Assembly: GCF_018977255.1 (NCBI RefSeq)
Contig: NW_024704743.1
Span: 95,978,001-96,042,000 of the forward strand
Source: Callorhinchus milii
Taxonomy: Eukaryota
Length of the DNA: 64,000 nucleotides
Reading direction: 5' to 3'
The position numbers were made by a program, and so were the translations under genes. Positions 52,801 through 64,000 of the stretch are shown one piece after another (position 1 is the first letter of the stretch; each line of letters begins with the position of its first letter). Below the pieces are notes generated by a model that saw nothing but the letters and a program-made list of their open reading frames with translations, made no database searches and was not told the origin of the DNA.

Positions 52801-55800
52801 ACAGTTTCCAGATATAATGACCACAAAGAATACTTAAGATACAATCACATCAGAGGCAATCTCATGTATATCTGCTTCAGAGTCATGTGAGCTATATATA
52901 TTTCCAGCAAAAGTAAACAGCGAAAACTAAACTAATGAGATATTTGTGAAAAAAATTGTTGGTGTCTGGTTTGAATCCTCTCAATTATAATAATGGGTTT
53001 GAGCATGCGTCAAACTATTGACAGTTCTACATATGAATGGTTTCTTGGAAACCCTAGAATGTGCATTGGGATACTGATTGAGTTTATGCAGCTAAAACCA
53101 TTGCAAATTCTGTCCAGTAAGCTTCTAGCAGTTTGTCCAGCTAGGATCACCCTACCCACAAGGGCTTTGGATTCCAAGACTAACAGGAACCAAATAGGAA
53201 GCTCCAAGTGACTAGTTTGCTCCTTCAAGGGCTGCTTACAAATTAGGCTGGCTGGTGAGTTATCAAGAGTACCTTAAAGTACTATGGCTGAACAATTGGA
53301 CTATTGAGATTGCCACATATAATTGATTCCTATATTCCATTGAAAGTTACGAAGCCTTGGACCAGCTCAGTACTAAATAAACCCTCCTTTCCTTCCTCCA
53401 GAGGAGGATAGAGATAGAGTAAACATGTTGTTTCTATAATCATTTAGTTTTCACTCATTAAGATTACACCAACCTATAAGTAAATTGCTAACAAATGTAA
53501 TATAATTGAATTTCAACTCGCTGAGATATTTATACATCTTCTAGTCACAATTTTCTCATCTGAAATCAAGCACTAATTTTGTACCATGGCAACTAGTTAA
53601 ATGTGGATACTGGATTTTGTTAACAAAAATATACCTTTCAGTAAGTGAGATTAGTGCCCTTCCCTGGAGCACTCAAGTTATTAAACCTTCCTTGGCTATG
53701 AGATACTCTGCTGATTTCACAATATGCTGACAGGAGATTTGTATTATGGTCTTATTGAACTCAATGCAGACACTCAATATCTGTGTACTAACACATTACA
53801 CAACATTCATCCACAACATGCATTCCCAGAAGTGATGCAACCAGTGATTAAGAAAAGTAGGGAAACGTCAATTGGAAGTATAAGTAGAGCATGTACTGGA
53901 GACAAAACAATAGGATAGAGAGACAAAGAAAAAAGAATGGCAGAGACAGTGAAGAGCGGTTATTTTATCACAGTATGAGATTAAACGTTTTTTTAAAAAG
54001 TTAGCACTGTTGCAAATTTGTAGTTTCCATGATGTCCAATTATCTGCACCTTCACAATTAGTCTGTGAACATAATTTGCATTGACTAGTGGTAAGATTGG
54101 TAAAAAAATAAAAATAAATGTAACTTACACATTTTTGGATCTGAAATAATGTGCCAAAGTGAATACAGGGCAAAGTGTGGAAATTTTGAGAATTGTTCTC
54201 ATTAATTTTTGCAATGGCTCATCTTTGGCCATTATTTCAGATACAAAAACGTGTAAGTTACATTTATTTTGATTTTTTTACCAATCTTACCAACTCAAAT
54301 TATGTTTACAGACTAATTATGAACTTGCAGATAATTGGACATCACGTAAACTCTTTTGCAACCCCAGTAACAAAATGCCAGTACCATTTTGTTCACCGTG
54401 GGGCTCAATTTACAATCCAAGTGTAATTTATCAGGTTGTTAAGTTATCATTACTGTTAAGCGCTACGAGATTCTACCAGTGTGAAGGGTGCTATATAAAT
54501 GCAAGTTGTTGTTGAATGAGCTGAAAGCAGACAAGCATCTAAATCTTGTCAATGGTGAACTCTATGAGATGCTGAATCTTCAGCTATGAACTTCCACCTC
54601 ATGGATTCTGGCCTTCAACTGCCGGATAATGTGATGCCAGCTTTTGAAGTGTTTTTGTTTGTCAATAAATTGGCATCTTGGTAGCCAAGAGTTGAGTCAG
54701 ATGTCCAGTACTATTTACCCAGCTTCTTGTATTTCAGCAACAACAAGCAAGCATCTATGTAGTGCCCCTCACGCAACTTAGCCATTTTATTTCATCATGG
54801 TATGCCAAATTTGACCCTTGTATCTTTCACGTGACATTAATCACGATTAGGAGATAACCTGATAATTACATTTTAGCACAAAAAGTGACCACCCCCTAAT
54901 AGGTTGTGCATCAGGCATTCTACTGAACTTTCCCTATATTAGAATAGGCTATTGGTACGCAAAACGATGAATCAAGATCATCACATAATAAATTATATTC
55001 CTGTCTTCATGTTAAGTTTAAAATCCCCTCAATGGTCCAAGTATTTGGGACGTCCTCCCGATGTGAAAGGTGCTATACAAATGTAATCTTGTTGTTGTTG
55101 TATTTTTCCACAACAGGTGTGCTTGGGACGTCCTCCTGACGTGAAAGGCGCTTTATAAATGGAATCTTGTTGTTGTTGTTGTTGCTTGGTTACAGAAATT
55201 AAAGTTTCTCTGTAGTTAAATAATTTAAAACCAATATGATGGTCTCTGTCAAAGAAGATAGTTTGGATTTTACTTTTGGGAATATTTGTCTCACAAATTG
55301 CCAGAACAGAAACATTTGTACCTGCCTGACTTGATTTGTGATTGCCCCTGGTATGAGGAGACTCTTTTAGTGAATTACCACATCCACTGTGAATTGTTCA
55401 AAAAATAATACACCTGTTCATTTTAAATAAGTGCACAGTTCAGGTCACCTTTAAAAGATAAAAAANGGTTCACTATTCACAAAGTCCCTTTTTTCTAAGC
55501 TCTCCTTCATACTACAATACTGTACTAGGGATTCGCCAAGAAATGCAGAATACAAAAGGCTATTTACCAAGGATATGTGTATGGTATTTGGTTCTGTCAG
55601 CAGTTGTGAATACTGCCATCTCAGCACTACAGACAATTAGTTAAAGGGCCATGTTACTTTCATGGCACAAGTTTTTCTTATGAACATTTCAAGAGAGTCA
55701 CTTTGCTTTTGTAAACGAAAGAGTAATGTGAAAGGGAAAGTGTTAAGACAAGTTTTTATTTTAAATTACCTGGTCACAGAGGGATTGCACAATGGAAGCA

Positions 55801-58800
55801 ACGTATTCAGCACAATGCTGGTGATGTACATTGTCAACCACTGCCCGTAGAAACCCCAGCATGCCCTGAAATACCTCTGCAAATCTCTCATCGCCTTTGC
55901 TGGTTCCACTTAAAAGGTGCAGAAGGGCAGCTTTGCAAGCTCCATGTGAAGCTAAAGAATCCAGTAGTGCAAACAGACGTGCAGTTTGGCCAGATAAGGG
56001 TTTCTCTTTCCCTTCTGGAGGACTAAAACACATAAAATATTCTTACAGTAATTCAGAAGATACAATTTTGTTAGTTGTACCCATAATATTTTATCAATGA
56101 TATTAAATTATACCGGCCGTTACAAAACAAGACAAAATTCTTAAGTTTTTTTTAGTTAAGTTCATAGTGGTTTACAAACTTTTTCACCAGCAATTTGTTT
56201 TTAAACAATTCCCAGGTTACAAATTTGAAGCCTTTTAAGAACTACAGTAAACTGACTTTAAAGTTAAGAATGAATTCAACAATTTGCCAAATGCTACATT
56301 AAAAAGTAAATCTAGATATGGTGGAATTTATCCCCAATCCTTTACTAAGTTAGCAAGAGAGAAACAGAAATGTAATTAAATAAAACATCCAACTAATTGA
56401 ACAATGAGGATAAAACACAATTTGACAACAATGGTTCATAAATTAAGCTGTCTTACAAGTTCACTTAAATACAAAACATAACCGGAACTGCATTTATTAC
56501 TGAAAAATTTGTGTGTGGGTATGGTGTGGGTCCCAAGACCCAATGTGGAGCTTGAACCCACAACTTCTGACTCTGAGGTGAGAGTACTACCAATTGAGCC
56601 AGGCTAGCATCAATAAAATATGGGAAAAGATGAAGGCGCTCATGTTAGTGGTGACAAAGCCCTCTCTGGGAGCTTGATTAATATCTTTGAGAAGGCTCAT
56701 TTATAATTAGAGGTTCCACTGCAACAACAAATCTACTGAACAATACCCCGGAAGGTTTACTAGATATAACTAGCTAAACAACGAAAGAAAAACAAAGGTA
56801 CCTGCTCAGTTCTTCTAGAATGAGCTCCAGCACTGTCCTCATGATGAGAAGAGTTGTGGGAGACGCCAGGTCACACAACTGTATGCACACACGTCTGAGA
56901 ATCTGTTGCAGAGGCTGGCAGGTAGATCCAAAAAGTGATCGCACTATTTCTTGGAGAAATTTTGTTTGCATCTGAAGGTGGATGCTCCACAGTTTTCGTG
57001 TGTTTAGTGCCACGGCTATATCCTTTGTAGAGATTGCCTGTCAAAGCAATATTTTACTGGTCATAATACATATTAATAAACATGTTTAAGGCTATGCTAG
57101 CAAAACATACTACTAATAAAACTAATCCTTGCATTTGATATAGCGCCTTATTACATCTTCAAGAAGTCTCAAAGCACTTCATAGAGTATACTGTGAAGTG
57201 AATGGCTATATAATTTGCAGGCAAAATTATCAACCCAAAGGCTAAAAATGTTAACAAGATTAAGTCATTAGCTACAATGGTTTCAGACATTAAAATCACT
57301 AAAGAAGCAAAAAAAACTTATCATCTGAAATCTGTAGCCACTGTAGAAAAATTAGTACACCATTTTTCAGAGTCACCAGTTCAAAATGTAGGTTCTGCCA
57401 CACAGCCAATTAATGATAACTTAAATTATCATCTAAGGAGAATAAAATACTTTACAGTCAAAGGTGCCTAATTCTCAATTTGATGTGCAACTGTAACCAA
57501 TTAACATCCCAGCCCATTAGAATGTGCTTGACTATAAATGCACTTGCACTGTGGATACCATTCACTGCATATGGTCACAGTCAATCCACTCGCTTCCGAC
57601 ATGTAAGTAAGCTGGCTTTTTGTGCTAAAATGCCCAACTTCCGGGTCTACTTCACAGTCAATGTAAATTTATTTATTTATTGTTTTGCTGCACATGGATC
57701 CGAAACACTGAGATTTAATGGAGTTCCATTTTAATATTTTTTTCATCAAAGACATCTCAACGTACTATAGGTCCCATGGGGCAAATAAGAGAATTGAAGA
57801 TGTTGACCAAGGCAGAATCACAAACATATTTTAAGGAGGTTTTTTAAATAGGTAGAAGACAAATTAGAAAAGCAAATTGGTTTCAGAAAACTTTCAAACA
57901 GAAGCATAGCAGAGCCAATGGTGGAGCAAAACGATTGGGGAGCAAGCAATAGACAAGTTGGGATATTCAAGTCAGTCTAACTCCTGCATGCCCACCACCA
58001 ATGCTGCTATTTGACTTGCAAACAGGAACTGCACTTCAACGAATTAGCTTAATCTCCCTATCTGACACAAGCCATTTGCAGGTCGATCAACATCCCCTTC
58101 CCCTCCAAAGAAAATCAAAGTCATACGCTCAATACTGAAATTCAAACTCAGGATCATTGGAAAACAAAAATTACATTCGTATAACACATTTCAAGCCAGT
58201 ACTCAAACAATGGAGATTCCTAGTTCTTATTTGCAATTTGTGAAGACCCTCTTTCTAACTTAATTCAATATTTTGACCTTAACTACCTATTTCTGATACA
58301 ATAGAACTTTTATTTTCCCATTTGTGAGTTGGGGAGGCATCTTTATGACATGTTTTAATCAAGAGATTCTGCATTTACCATTGAAGCCAATATAGAGATT
58401 GAATGAACTGTGTATCATTGGTCTAAAGTGGAGAAAGTAGATTAGGTATGTACTAAGCTGAATGATTCTTACCTGTGTGGTTTGCATGGGCAGCGGAAGA
58501 GGCAAGAGTTCTGAGAGTAACAACATTCCAGAGAAAAATCCTTCTGGGGCCTTCAGTATAAAGGAAAGGACTTCCTTCAACATTAAAGACCACGTATTGT
58601 TGGCCAAAGTCTCCTCAGAATAAGTGACCTGTTCATTAACTCCTTGCGTGAAAGTAAGCAGTATATCAATTATATCATTTTGAATCTTCTGCTCTTCACA
58701 GTCCAATCGTCCAGAGAGCGGTATGGAACAAAGGACCATGTGTAGGGTAACCAGTGCTGTAGGGATTCGGATATCCTTAAATTCAAAGGACCCTCCCCTC

Positions 58801-61800
58801 AGAAGTTCTGTCAGCATAGCCTTTAGAAGGGTAAGGGTGCATCTTGCCACAGAGAGGATCATAATTCTCTGCAATGTAGTTCCCATGTTGGCATGCAATC
58901 GCCATGGCTGGACTAAGACAGTGTTCATTTTTTGCAGAATTCGAATAAATATGTCCATTCCTTCTGCTGAAAATAGCTGTATAACTGCAAGGTTCCATTT
59001 GAGATCCTTTTGTTGGCCTGGAAAATAAAATACCAATTATTCTATTATTCTGTGGAAATATTTCTAAGTCATAGAATTTTTTTTAATGCCGTCGCACAAA
59101 GATTAGTAAATTACACTTTATTTTCTAGAGTAGACAAGCATGCAGCACAAAATATACTTCTAGTTTTGCAATTCAGCAATTGTTGAAAATGAGGTCAGAT
59201 AGGTCACTCTTCTAAAATTTCTGCTTCAGCAAGATAGGTGTGTACATCACTTGCATTTATGTTGATGTTTGTAAATCAGAATTACAGAACCATAGAATTA
59301 TACAGCACAGGAGGAGGCCATTCGACCCATCATGTCCATGCCGGCTCCTTTAAAAGAGCTACCTAAATCAATCCCACTCCCCGCACTCTCCTCATAGCTT
59401 GCAAACTTGACCTCCTCAAATAATTATCTACTTCTCTCTTATAATCTGTTATCGAATCAGCTTCCACCACACTTTCAGGCATTAAAGGATTACATTTTTA
59501 TTATCTTGAAGATTGATGAATTGCCCTAGTCAAAAATAGGATACTTAGTATCAACAATTCATAACCATTCCTTAGGTACACTAATAAAATATATTTTTAA
59601 AAAAAGCACATTTTAAATAATGATAGCGCAGACAAACCAACATCAAAAGTCCCTGACACAAATGAGCCATCATTATCATTTCTAATTCTTGTAAATGTTT
59701 ACCCATCCTATACATACCTTCAATCGGGTGAGGTGGACATGCGATGTGGCAAAGGACACGTAAAGCAGTGGTAAGACCAGCTCCTTCCTGTGACATCTGA
59801 ATATTCAGATTATCAAGGTTCTGAAAACACAGAAGTGTAACATTGTCATCAACTGCTCAATGAAACAAATTAAAATAATTTAGTGTCTTCTTTCATAAGG
59901 AATCTAAATTTCATTAGGCCAGTGGTGGTCAATCGAACATTCGGCCTAGTCTAGGTGACTTTCTTTTAAATCAATGCTTTGTTTCGATTTTTTCTTGATT
60001 TATGGAATAAATCAATCAAGAAAATTTATTTTGTTAGCTGACCAAAAAGATTGGCCACTAAGCTAAAATGACAGGTTATTAAAGCACTCTTTCACAAACA
60101 CTGTTATCAAAATATCAAATTGCTGTATTACTAACAATAATAATTATAATTCTTGCATTTGGTATAGTGCCCTTCACTTCACAAGCACATCTTAAAGTGC
60201 TTCACATAATTTACACCAAAGCGAGTGTTTATTTTGTAGGGGGATCGCAGTAGTCAATTTGTAGACAGCAATTTCCTACAAACAGCCATGAATTGAATGA
60301 CCAATTTTATTTGGGGGATTGTTGGCCAGGACACTTGGAGAAGCTCCCTTCTCTTTTCGAATGGTGCCATTGGGTCTTTAACATCCACCTGAGCAGGCAG
60401 ACGGAATTCGGGTTTAATGTTTCATCCAAAGGAATATTTGCAGATTTAAAACGAAGTCTTGAAGCCAATGAGACTACAAACCCAATATGCATTGGGTAGA
60501 ATCAAATCTATTCCCAGAGAACAGTGACACCTAATAAATTATCATCAAGTGTAAATGATTTATGATGCAAAATGAACAAATTGGAAATAAAGCAAAAGGT
60601 TACGAGGAGACCTAATAGAGGTCTTCAAAATCATGAGGGGATTTGATAGGTTAGAAAGGGAAAAACTGTCTCCACTGGTGGGTGTGTCGGTGACTCGAGG
60701 TCACAGATTCAAAATAGTCTCTAAAAGAAGCAGAGGGGAGGTGAGAAGAATTTTCTTCACGCAGCGAGTTGTTCAAATCTGAAACACATTGCCTGAAAGG
60801 GTGGTGGAGGCCGATTCGATAACTACTTTTAAAAACGCGGTGGACGGGTATTTGAGTTGGAAGGGTTAGCAGGGTTATGGGGAAAGGGCTGGGGAGTGGG
60901 ACTGACATTAATTGCTCTATTAAAAGAGCCGGCACAAACTTGATGGCCCGAATGGCCTCTTTTTGCGCTGTACGATTCTATGATTTGCGCGTTCTGCCCA
61001 CATAATATACAGTGAATTCACGTTACAGTATATTCTGTGAAAAGCTTTGAGACGGCTCAAAGACATGATAAGGCACTATATCAAATGCAAAGATTATTAT
61101 TAAGTCTCAAACCATGAAAAAACATTTGAAAGTTTTGCTCTTTTAAGCTACAAAATATAATAGAGCTTTGCTTACCTGTTTAATATATTCAAGTAGGCTT
61201 GGAATACAATTTATTTCAAATTTCAAAGTCTTTAAAGGTTCAACCCATTTGCTCAGTTCTAAAAACAAGAAAATAGAATTAATGGACAGAAAAACAACAT
61301 GCTTTTATATAGCGCCATTCATGCAGGGTCGTATCTTGGAGAAGAAGCCTTACATCATGTTGAAAAATACAAATGTGAAATAAAAATTGGTCCAGCAATT
61401 CTTCAATAGCTTTAGTCTGTTGAAAACTATTTGAAGAAATATTTTCAGCACAGCTGATGGCATGGCCTAGTTCAGTATCCTATTGTGTGTAGGGTAACAG
61501 AGGACATTCAGATTTTTTTTAAATATGGAGCAAAAGGATTGAAACTTCAAACATCTTTACCTTGCAGTTTAGGATTGGTGTCATCAGCCTTGCAGAGTTT
61601 CAGTAAGCCAGCAGAATGCTGCTCCAGCATTTGCCCGTCATTAGTAGACTGCACTGTTAACAAAATAAGCATACAAGCATAATTGCATGCAACAGATTTC
61701 CTGGATTTTGTGTCCCTAGAATATAAAAAAAGAATAATTTACTATGTAAGAAATGAAATATGCATAATTCGAATGCTCATTTACTACCAACAATGTTTAC

Positions 61801-62849
61801 TTAAACCTAAGTGTGAATCAGGTTAAATGTGGCCCATCATACAATTTCCAGTTTTATCTTGATTCAATATTTCTCAATTTATGGCATATATCAAGACATT
61901 TTCAATCAAGTTAAAAAAAAATATTCTGTTGGCCAAAGGTTGGCCTCACTGATTTATACTGAGGTTTGCAGTAAAACATTCAAATAAATGTCACCATTAT
62001 TCTGAGTTTCATATATCTGACACAAGACATTTAAAAGGGAACTACACTGTTGTTTTCTCTCTCTGTATGGTAATCAAACACTACCAGTTTGTACGATCCC
62101 AACCCTGTCAACATTCTGTGCAATTAGATATATAAACTAAGTTATATCTGGAATTTAGAGATAACAGAACATTGACTCTCAAATTTTAAATGGAAAAATA
62201 GTTACTCTTCTATACTGTCCTGTGTACAATTGAAAAAAAAGGAACATCACAATTAAGTCAACAAAGGAAAGCTTTGGAAATATGTAAAACACTCTAACCA
62301 CCATAACTATAGCACACTGATTGGTATGGTAATTTAATTTACAAAAATATACATTACCCCAAGAGCTCTTTAGAATACCACTCAATGAGAGTAATGAGAC
62401 TAGAAAGGTTCTTGTCTAGATGGAGCACATGGGCAACAGCACCTCTTCCTATTGGGTTGAAAGTAATTAGGTAAAGGCTATGAAGCGTACTGAGCACATC
62501 CGCATGGTCCGTTTCTTCAATTGTTAAGCCTCGATTTAAGTACTCAAAGAGTTCAGAAACATACTGCAACGCTTGTAATGAATATAACAGCCATACAGAC
62601 AATGTATCATCACTGACACAGTCAGCTTGGACACCCTCCTCTTGGTCTTGGTCGCAAGTCTGAGACAAGGCTCTAATCAGAAGGTTGGAAGCTTCGTGCT
62701 CCGCACTGAGGAATAAAAGACCATTTTGTATCTGGATTAGGAACTTAATTAAGTCTTTGATGGCTTGTGACAGCCCAGGATGAGCACTGGTTGCTGGAAT
62801 GGACAGTAGCAAGCTAAGTGATTCCAGAAAATGGCAACTGTTAAGGTAC
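25720..62849 (-). CDS. VIRMA: VIRMA (KIAA1429, virilizer homolog, m6A writer complex), last 16 coding exons, about 1131 aa; 5' part lies beyond the right edge
   Basis: Recognised motifs [39 protein letters not shown] and C-terminal [11 protein letters not shown]. Sixteen GT-AG exons join without a frameshift (3397 nt). Confidence 0.97.
27162..27296 (-). CDS. VIRMA: VIRMA exon (135 nt)
   Basis: [21 protein letters not shown]...QSNFNRGPP. Confidence 0.95.
32150..32328 (+). mobile_element. CR1/L3-clade LINE 3' end
   Basis: gggctgaacggcctccctctgtgctg followed by (ATTCTATG)n tail. Confidence 0.75.
32450..32775 (-). CDS. VIRMA: VIRMA exon (326 nt)
   Basis: [13 protein letters not shown]...[24 protein letters not shown]...PPAPK. 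Confidence 0.96.
33705..33871 (-). CDS. VIRMA: VIRMA exon (167 nt)
   Basis: [13 protein letters not shown]...[14 protein letters not shown]...[15 protein letters not shown]. Confidence 0.95.
35315..35411 (-). CDS. VIRMA: VIRMA exon (97 nt)
   Basis: [32 protein letters not shown]. Confidence 0.93.
35575..36490 (+). mobile_element. Young-looking L2 3' fragment
   Basis: 215-aa largely intact ORF2 C-terminus, CpGs retained, perfect (TTG)6 tail. Confidence 0.92.
36208..36400. repeat. ~45-bp pyrimidine-rich tandem repeat (about 4 copies) in the L2 3' UTR
   Basis: ccccctcctcgctccctcccttccctcccctcaccctgaccattt repeated. Confidence 0.9.
36868..37190 (-). mobile_element. tRNA-derived SINE, long variant
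   Basis: Same tail and body, plus an extra ~65-bp internal segment. Confidence 0.8.
38746..38906 (-). CDS. VIRMA: VIRMA exon (161 nt)
   Basis: [24 protein letters not shown]...[19 protein letters not shown]. Confidence 0.93.
39805..40120 (-). mobile_element. tRNA-derived SINE, long variant
   Basis: Similar to 36868-37190. Confidence 0.8.
40386..40538 (-). CDS. VIRMA: VIRMA exon (153 nt)
   Basis: [35 protein letters not shown]...LDKLVT; phase 0/0. Confidence 0.9.
41491..41623 (-). CDS. VIRMA: VIRMA exon (133 nt)
   Basis: [44 protein letters not shown]. Confidence 0.92.
43583..44680 (-). mobile_element. L2-clade LINE 3' fragment
   Basis: [43 protein letters not shown]; 3' tail at 43583. 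Confidence 0.92.
44955..46030 (-). mobile_element. CR1/L3-clade LINE 3' fragment
   Basis: [44 protein letters not shown]; (ATTCTATG)n tail. Confidence 0.92.
50133..50391 (+). mobile_element. L2 3' end
   Basis: Closely resembles the reverse complement of 43583-43850; (TTG)n tail. Confidence 0.85.
50750..51584 (+). mobile_element. L2 3' fragment
   Basis: [44 protein letters not shown]. Confidence 0.9.
51834..52051 (-). CDS. VIRMA: VIRMA exon (218 nt)
   Basis: [28 protein letters not shown]...[10 protein letters not shown]. Confidence 0.95.
54022..54352. repeat. ~330-bp imperfect palindrome (fold-back / MITE-like)
   Basis: 54030-54165 is the reverse complement of 54220-54345; opposite-strand ORFs share LFQIQKxVSYIYFxFFTNLT. 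Confidence 0.85.
55040..55184 (+). mobile_element. Two tandem L2 3' tails
   Basis: gggacgtcctcc..gtgaaagg..aaatg.aatcttgttgttg occurs twice. Confidence 0.85.
55770..56022 (-). CDS. VIRMA: VIRMA exon (253 nt)
   Basis: [26 protein letters not shown]...IVQSLCDQ. Confidence 0.95.
56802..57037 (-). CDS. VIRMA: VIRMA exon (236 nt)
   Basis: [21 protein letters not shown]...[15 protein letters not shown]. Confidence 0.95.
58473..59017 (-). CDS. VIRMA: VIRMA exon (545 nt)
   Basis: [21 protein letters not shown]...[14 protein letters not shown]. Confidence 0.96.
59283..59480 (-). mobile_element. CR1 3' end
   Basis: Matches the 44955-45130 CR1 tail. Confidence 0.8.
59718..59820 (-). CDS. VIRMA: VIRMA exon (103 nt)
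   Basis: [34 protein letters not shown]. Confidence 0.94.
60590..60985 (+). mobile_element. CR1 3' fragment
   Basis: [25 protein letters not shown] coding remnant and attctatgatt tail. Confidence 0.85.
61176..61258 (-). CDS. VIRMA: VIRMA exon (83 nt)
   Basis: [27 protein letters not shown]. Confidence 0.92.
61561..61715 (-). CDS. VIRMA: VIRMA exon (155 nt)
   Basis: [51 protein letters not shown]. Confidence 0.93.
62358..62849 (-). CDS. VIRMA: VIRMA exon (492 nt)
   Basis: [25 protein letters not shown]...[14 protein letters not shown]...YSKELL. Confidence 0.95.
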
Positions 62850-63529
62850 CTGTGGAAACAAAATTAAAGATATAAATTGCAAAGTTCACATGAATTTTTA
62901 AGTATTTTTTCCACCCTTTGTGGTACGATGATTTTAGGATTTTCCTAGCTCATATTAGTCTATTCATTATGTCACTGTGTCACAAATACTTTTAGTAGGC
63001 CATTATTTTCATTTCAGTTTTGCAGTCATTAATAGAAATTATAATTCAATCACATTTTCTATTTCTATTTATTTGAAAATATATTAAACATTAGGCTGCA
63101 TTGCCAAGTTTCATTCAACATTCTTCATTAAATTAAAATACTGTTTTTAACACAGCAGTTGAATAACTTCTGTTTTAGTTTACTAACAATAATCATAACA
63201 ATTTAACCCGCTTATTACAGTTAACCTATACTACCTTTTTCTTAAGTTAAATACAATATTTTGCATGCTACCTCAATAAAAACATCAAGTTCACTCTTCA
63301 TGGGCCATGAATAATCACTGCATAAAGCAATAGTCAATACCATGCTAGACACATTTAGATTTTCTTATAATATGAATACAGAATAAATTCATTATAGCAC
63401 TATGAAGGGTGTTTACCAACAGTTTTCAATTTAAAAAGAACTTCATAACTCACATGGCGTGATCTAATATTTTACTTTGCACTGTATCAAGTGCTCTGGG
63501 ACACTACCCCGGGTGTAAGGCGCTATCAT

Positions 63530-63790
63530 TTCGCCCACAAATATACAGTCAATTCACGTTACAGTATATTCCGTGAAGTGCTTTGGGACGTCTAGAAGAC
63601 GTGAAAAGCGCTATATCAAATGCAAGGATTATTATTATTATTATCACATCTTCGAGACATCTCAGTGTTTCACAGAATATACTGTAAAGTGAATTGACTG
63701 CATATTTTGTGGGCAAAACGCAGCAGCCAATTGCGCACAGCAGTGTCCCACAAACAGTCATGGATTAAGTAAATTATTATTAATTTTTTT
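63530..63790. mobile_element. Two SINE 3' halves joined tail-to-tail
   Basis: Plus copy 63530-63644 followed immediately by a minus copy 63645-63790. Confidence 0.85.
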
Positions 63791-64000
63791 AGGGATTTCA
63801 AATGCACACACATATTACTTATTCTACAATAAAGTAAAGATTACATTTCAGGAGGAGCTTTCAAACACACTGTACAAATCAAGAATAGGACAATTTAAAA
63901 TGGTTGGTACAGCAATAGAGGGTTGAGTTGGTACACTCAGCACAAGTATGCAGCTGATGGGCTTGCTTCGATTAACAGTTGACGAATTACAAGATGCTAA

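Noticed and set aside
55466..55466. Single N base
   Set aside because: Assembly ambiguity, not biology.

Overview
Eukaryotic vertebrate genomic DNA. The L2/CR1 LINE and tRNA/Deu-SINE content suggests a cartilaginous fish, possibly a holocephalan (inference). There are three spliced protein-coding genes, all reconstructed by hand with GT-AG junctions and consistent phases. (1) The 5' end of RAD54B on the minus strand: two coding exons, running off the left edge. (2) A complete 289-aa RING/TRAF-zinc-finger/coiled-coil E3 ligase gene related to RNF41/RNF151 on the plus strand, with 5 coding exons; it is head-to-head with RAD54B and tail-to-tail with VIRMA. (3) The last 16 coding exons (about 1130 codons) of VIRMA/KIAA1429 on the minus strand. 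The divergent promoters are separated by a 2-kb, ~34-bp-unit minisatellite. Introns are full of L2 and CR1 fragments, two SINE types, a TA-flanked Tc1/mariner-type MITE and a ~330-bp palindrome. The best leads are the RNF41 paralogue (RFX box, uORFs, PDZ-binding tail), candidate in-frame cassette exons in VIRMA (60 nt) and the RING gene (27 nt), a perfect 44-bp templated inverted insertion, an intronic-polyadenylation candidate in VIRMA, and an inverted-L2-flanked 447-nt circRNA candidate. I see no prokaryote-type system or CRISPR array, and no finding here is demonstrated as novel without database or expression checks.
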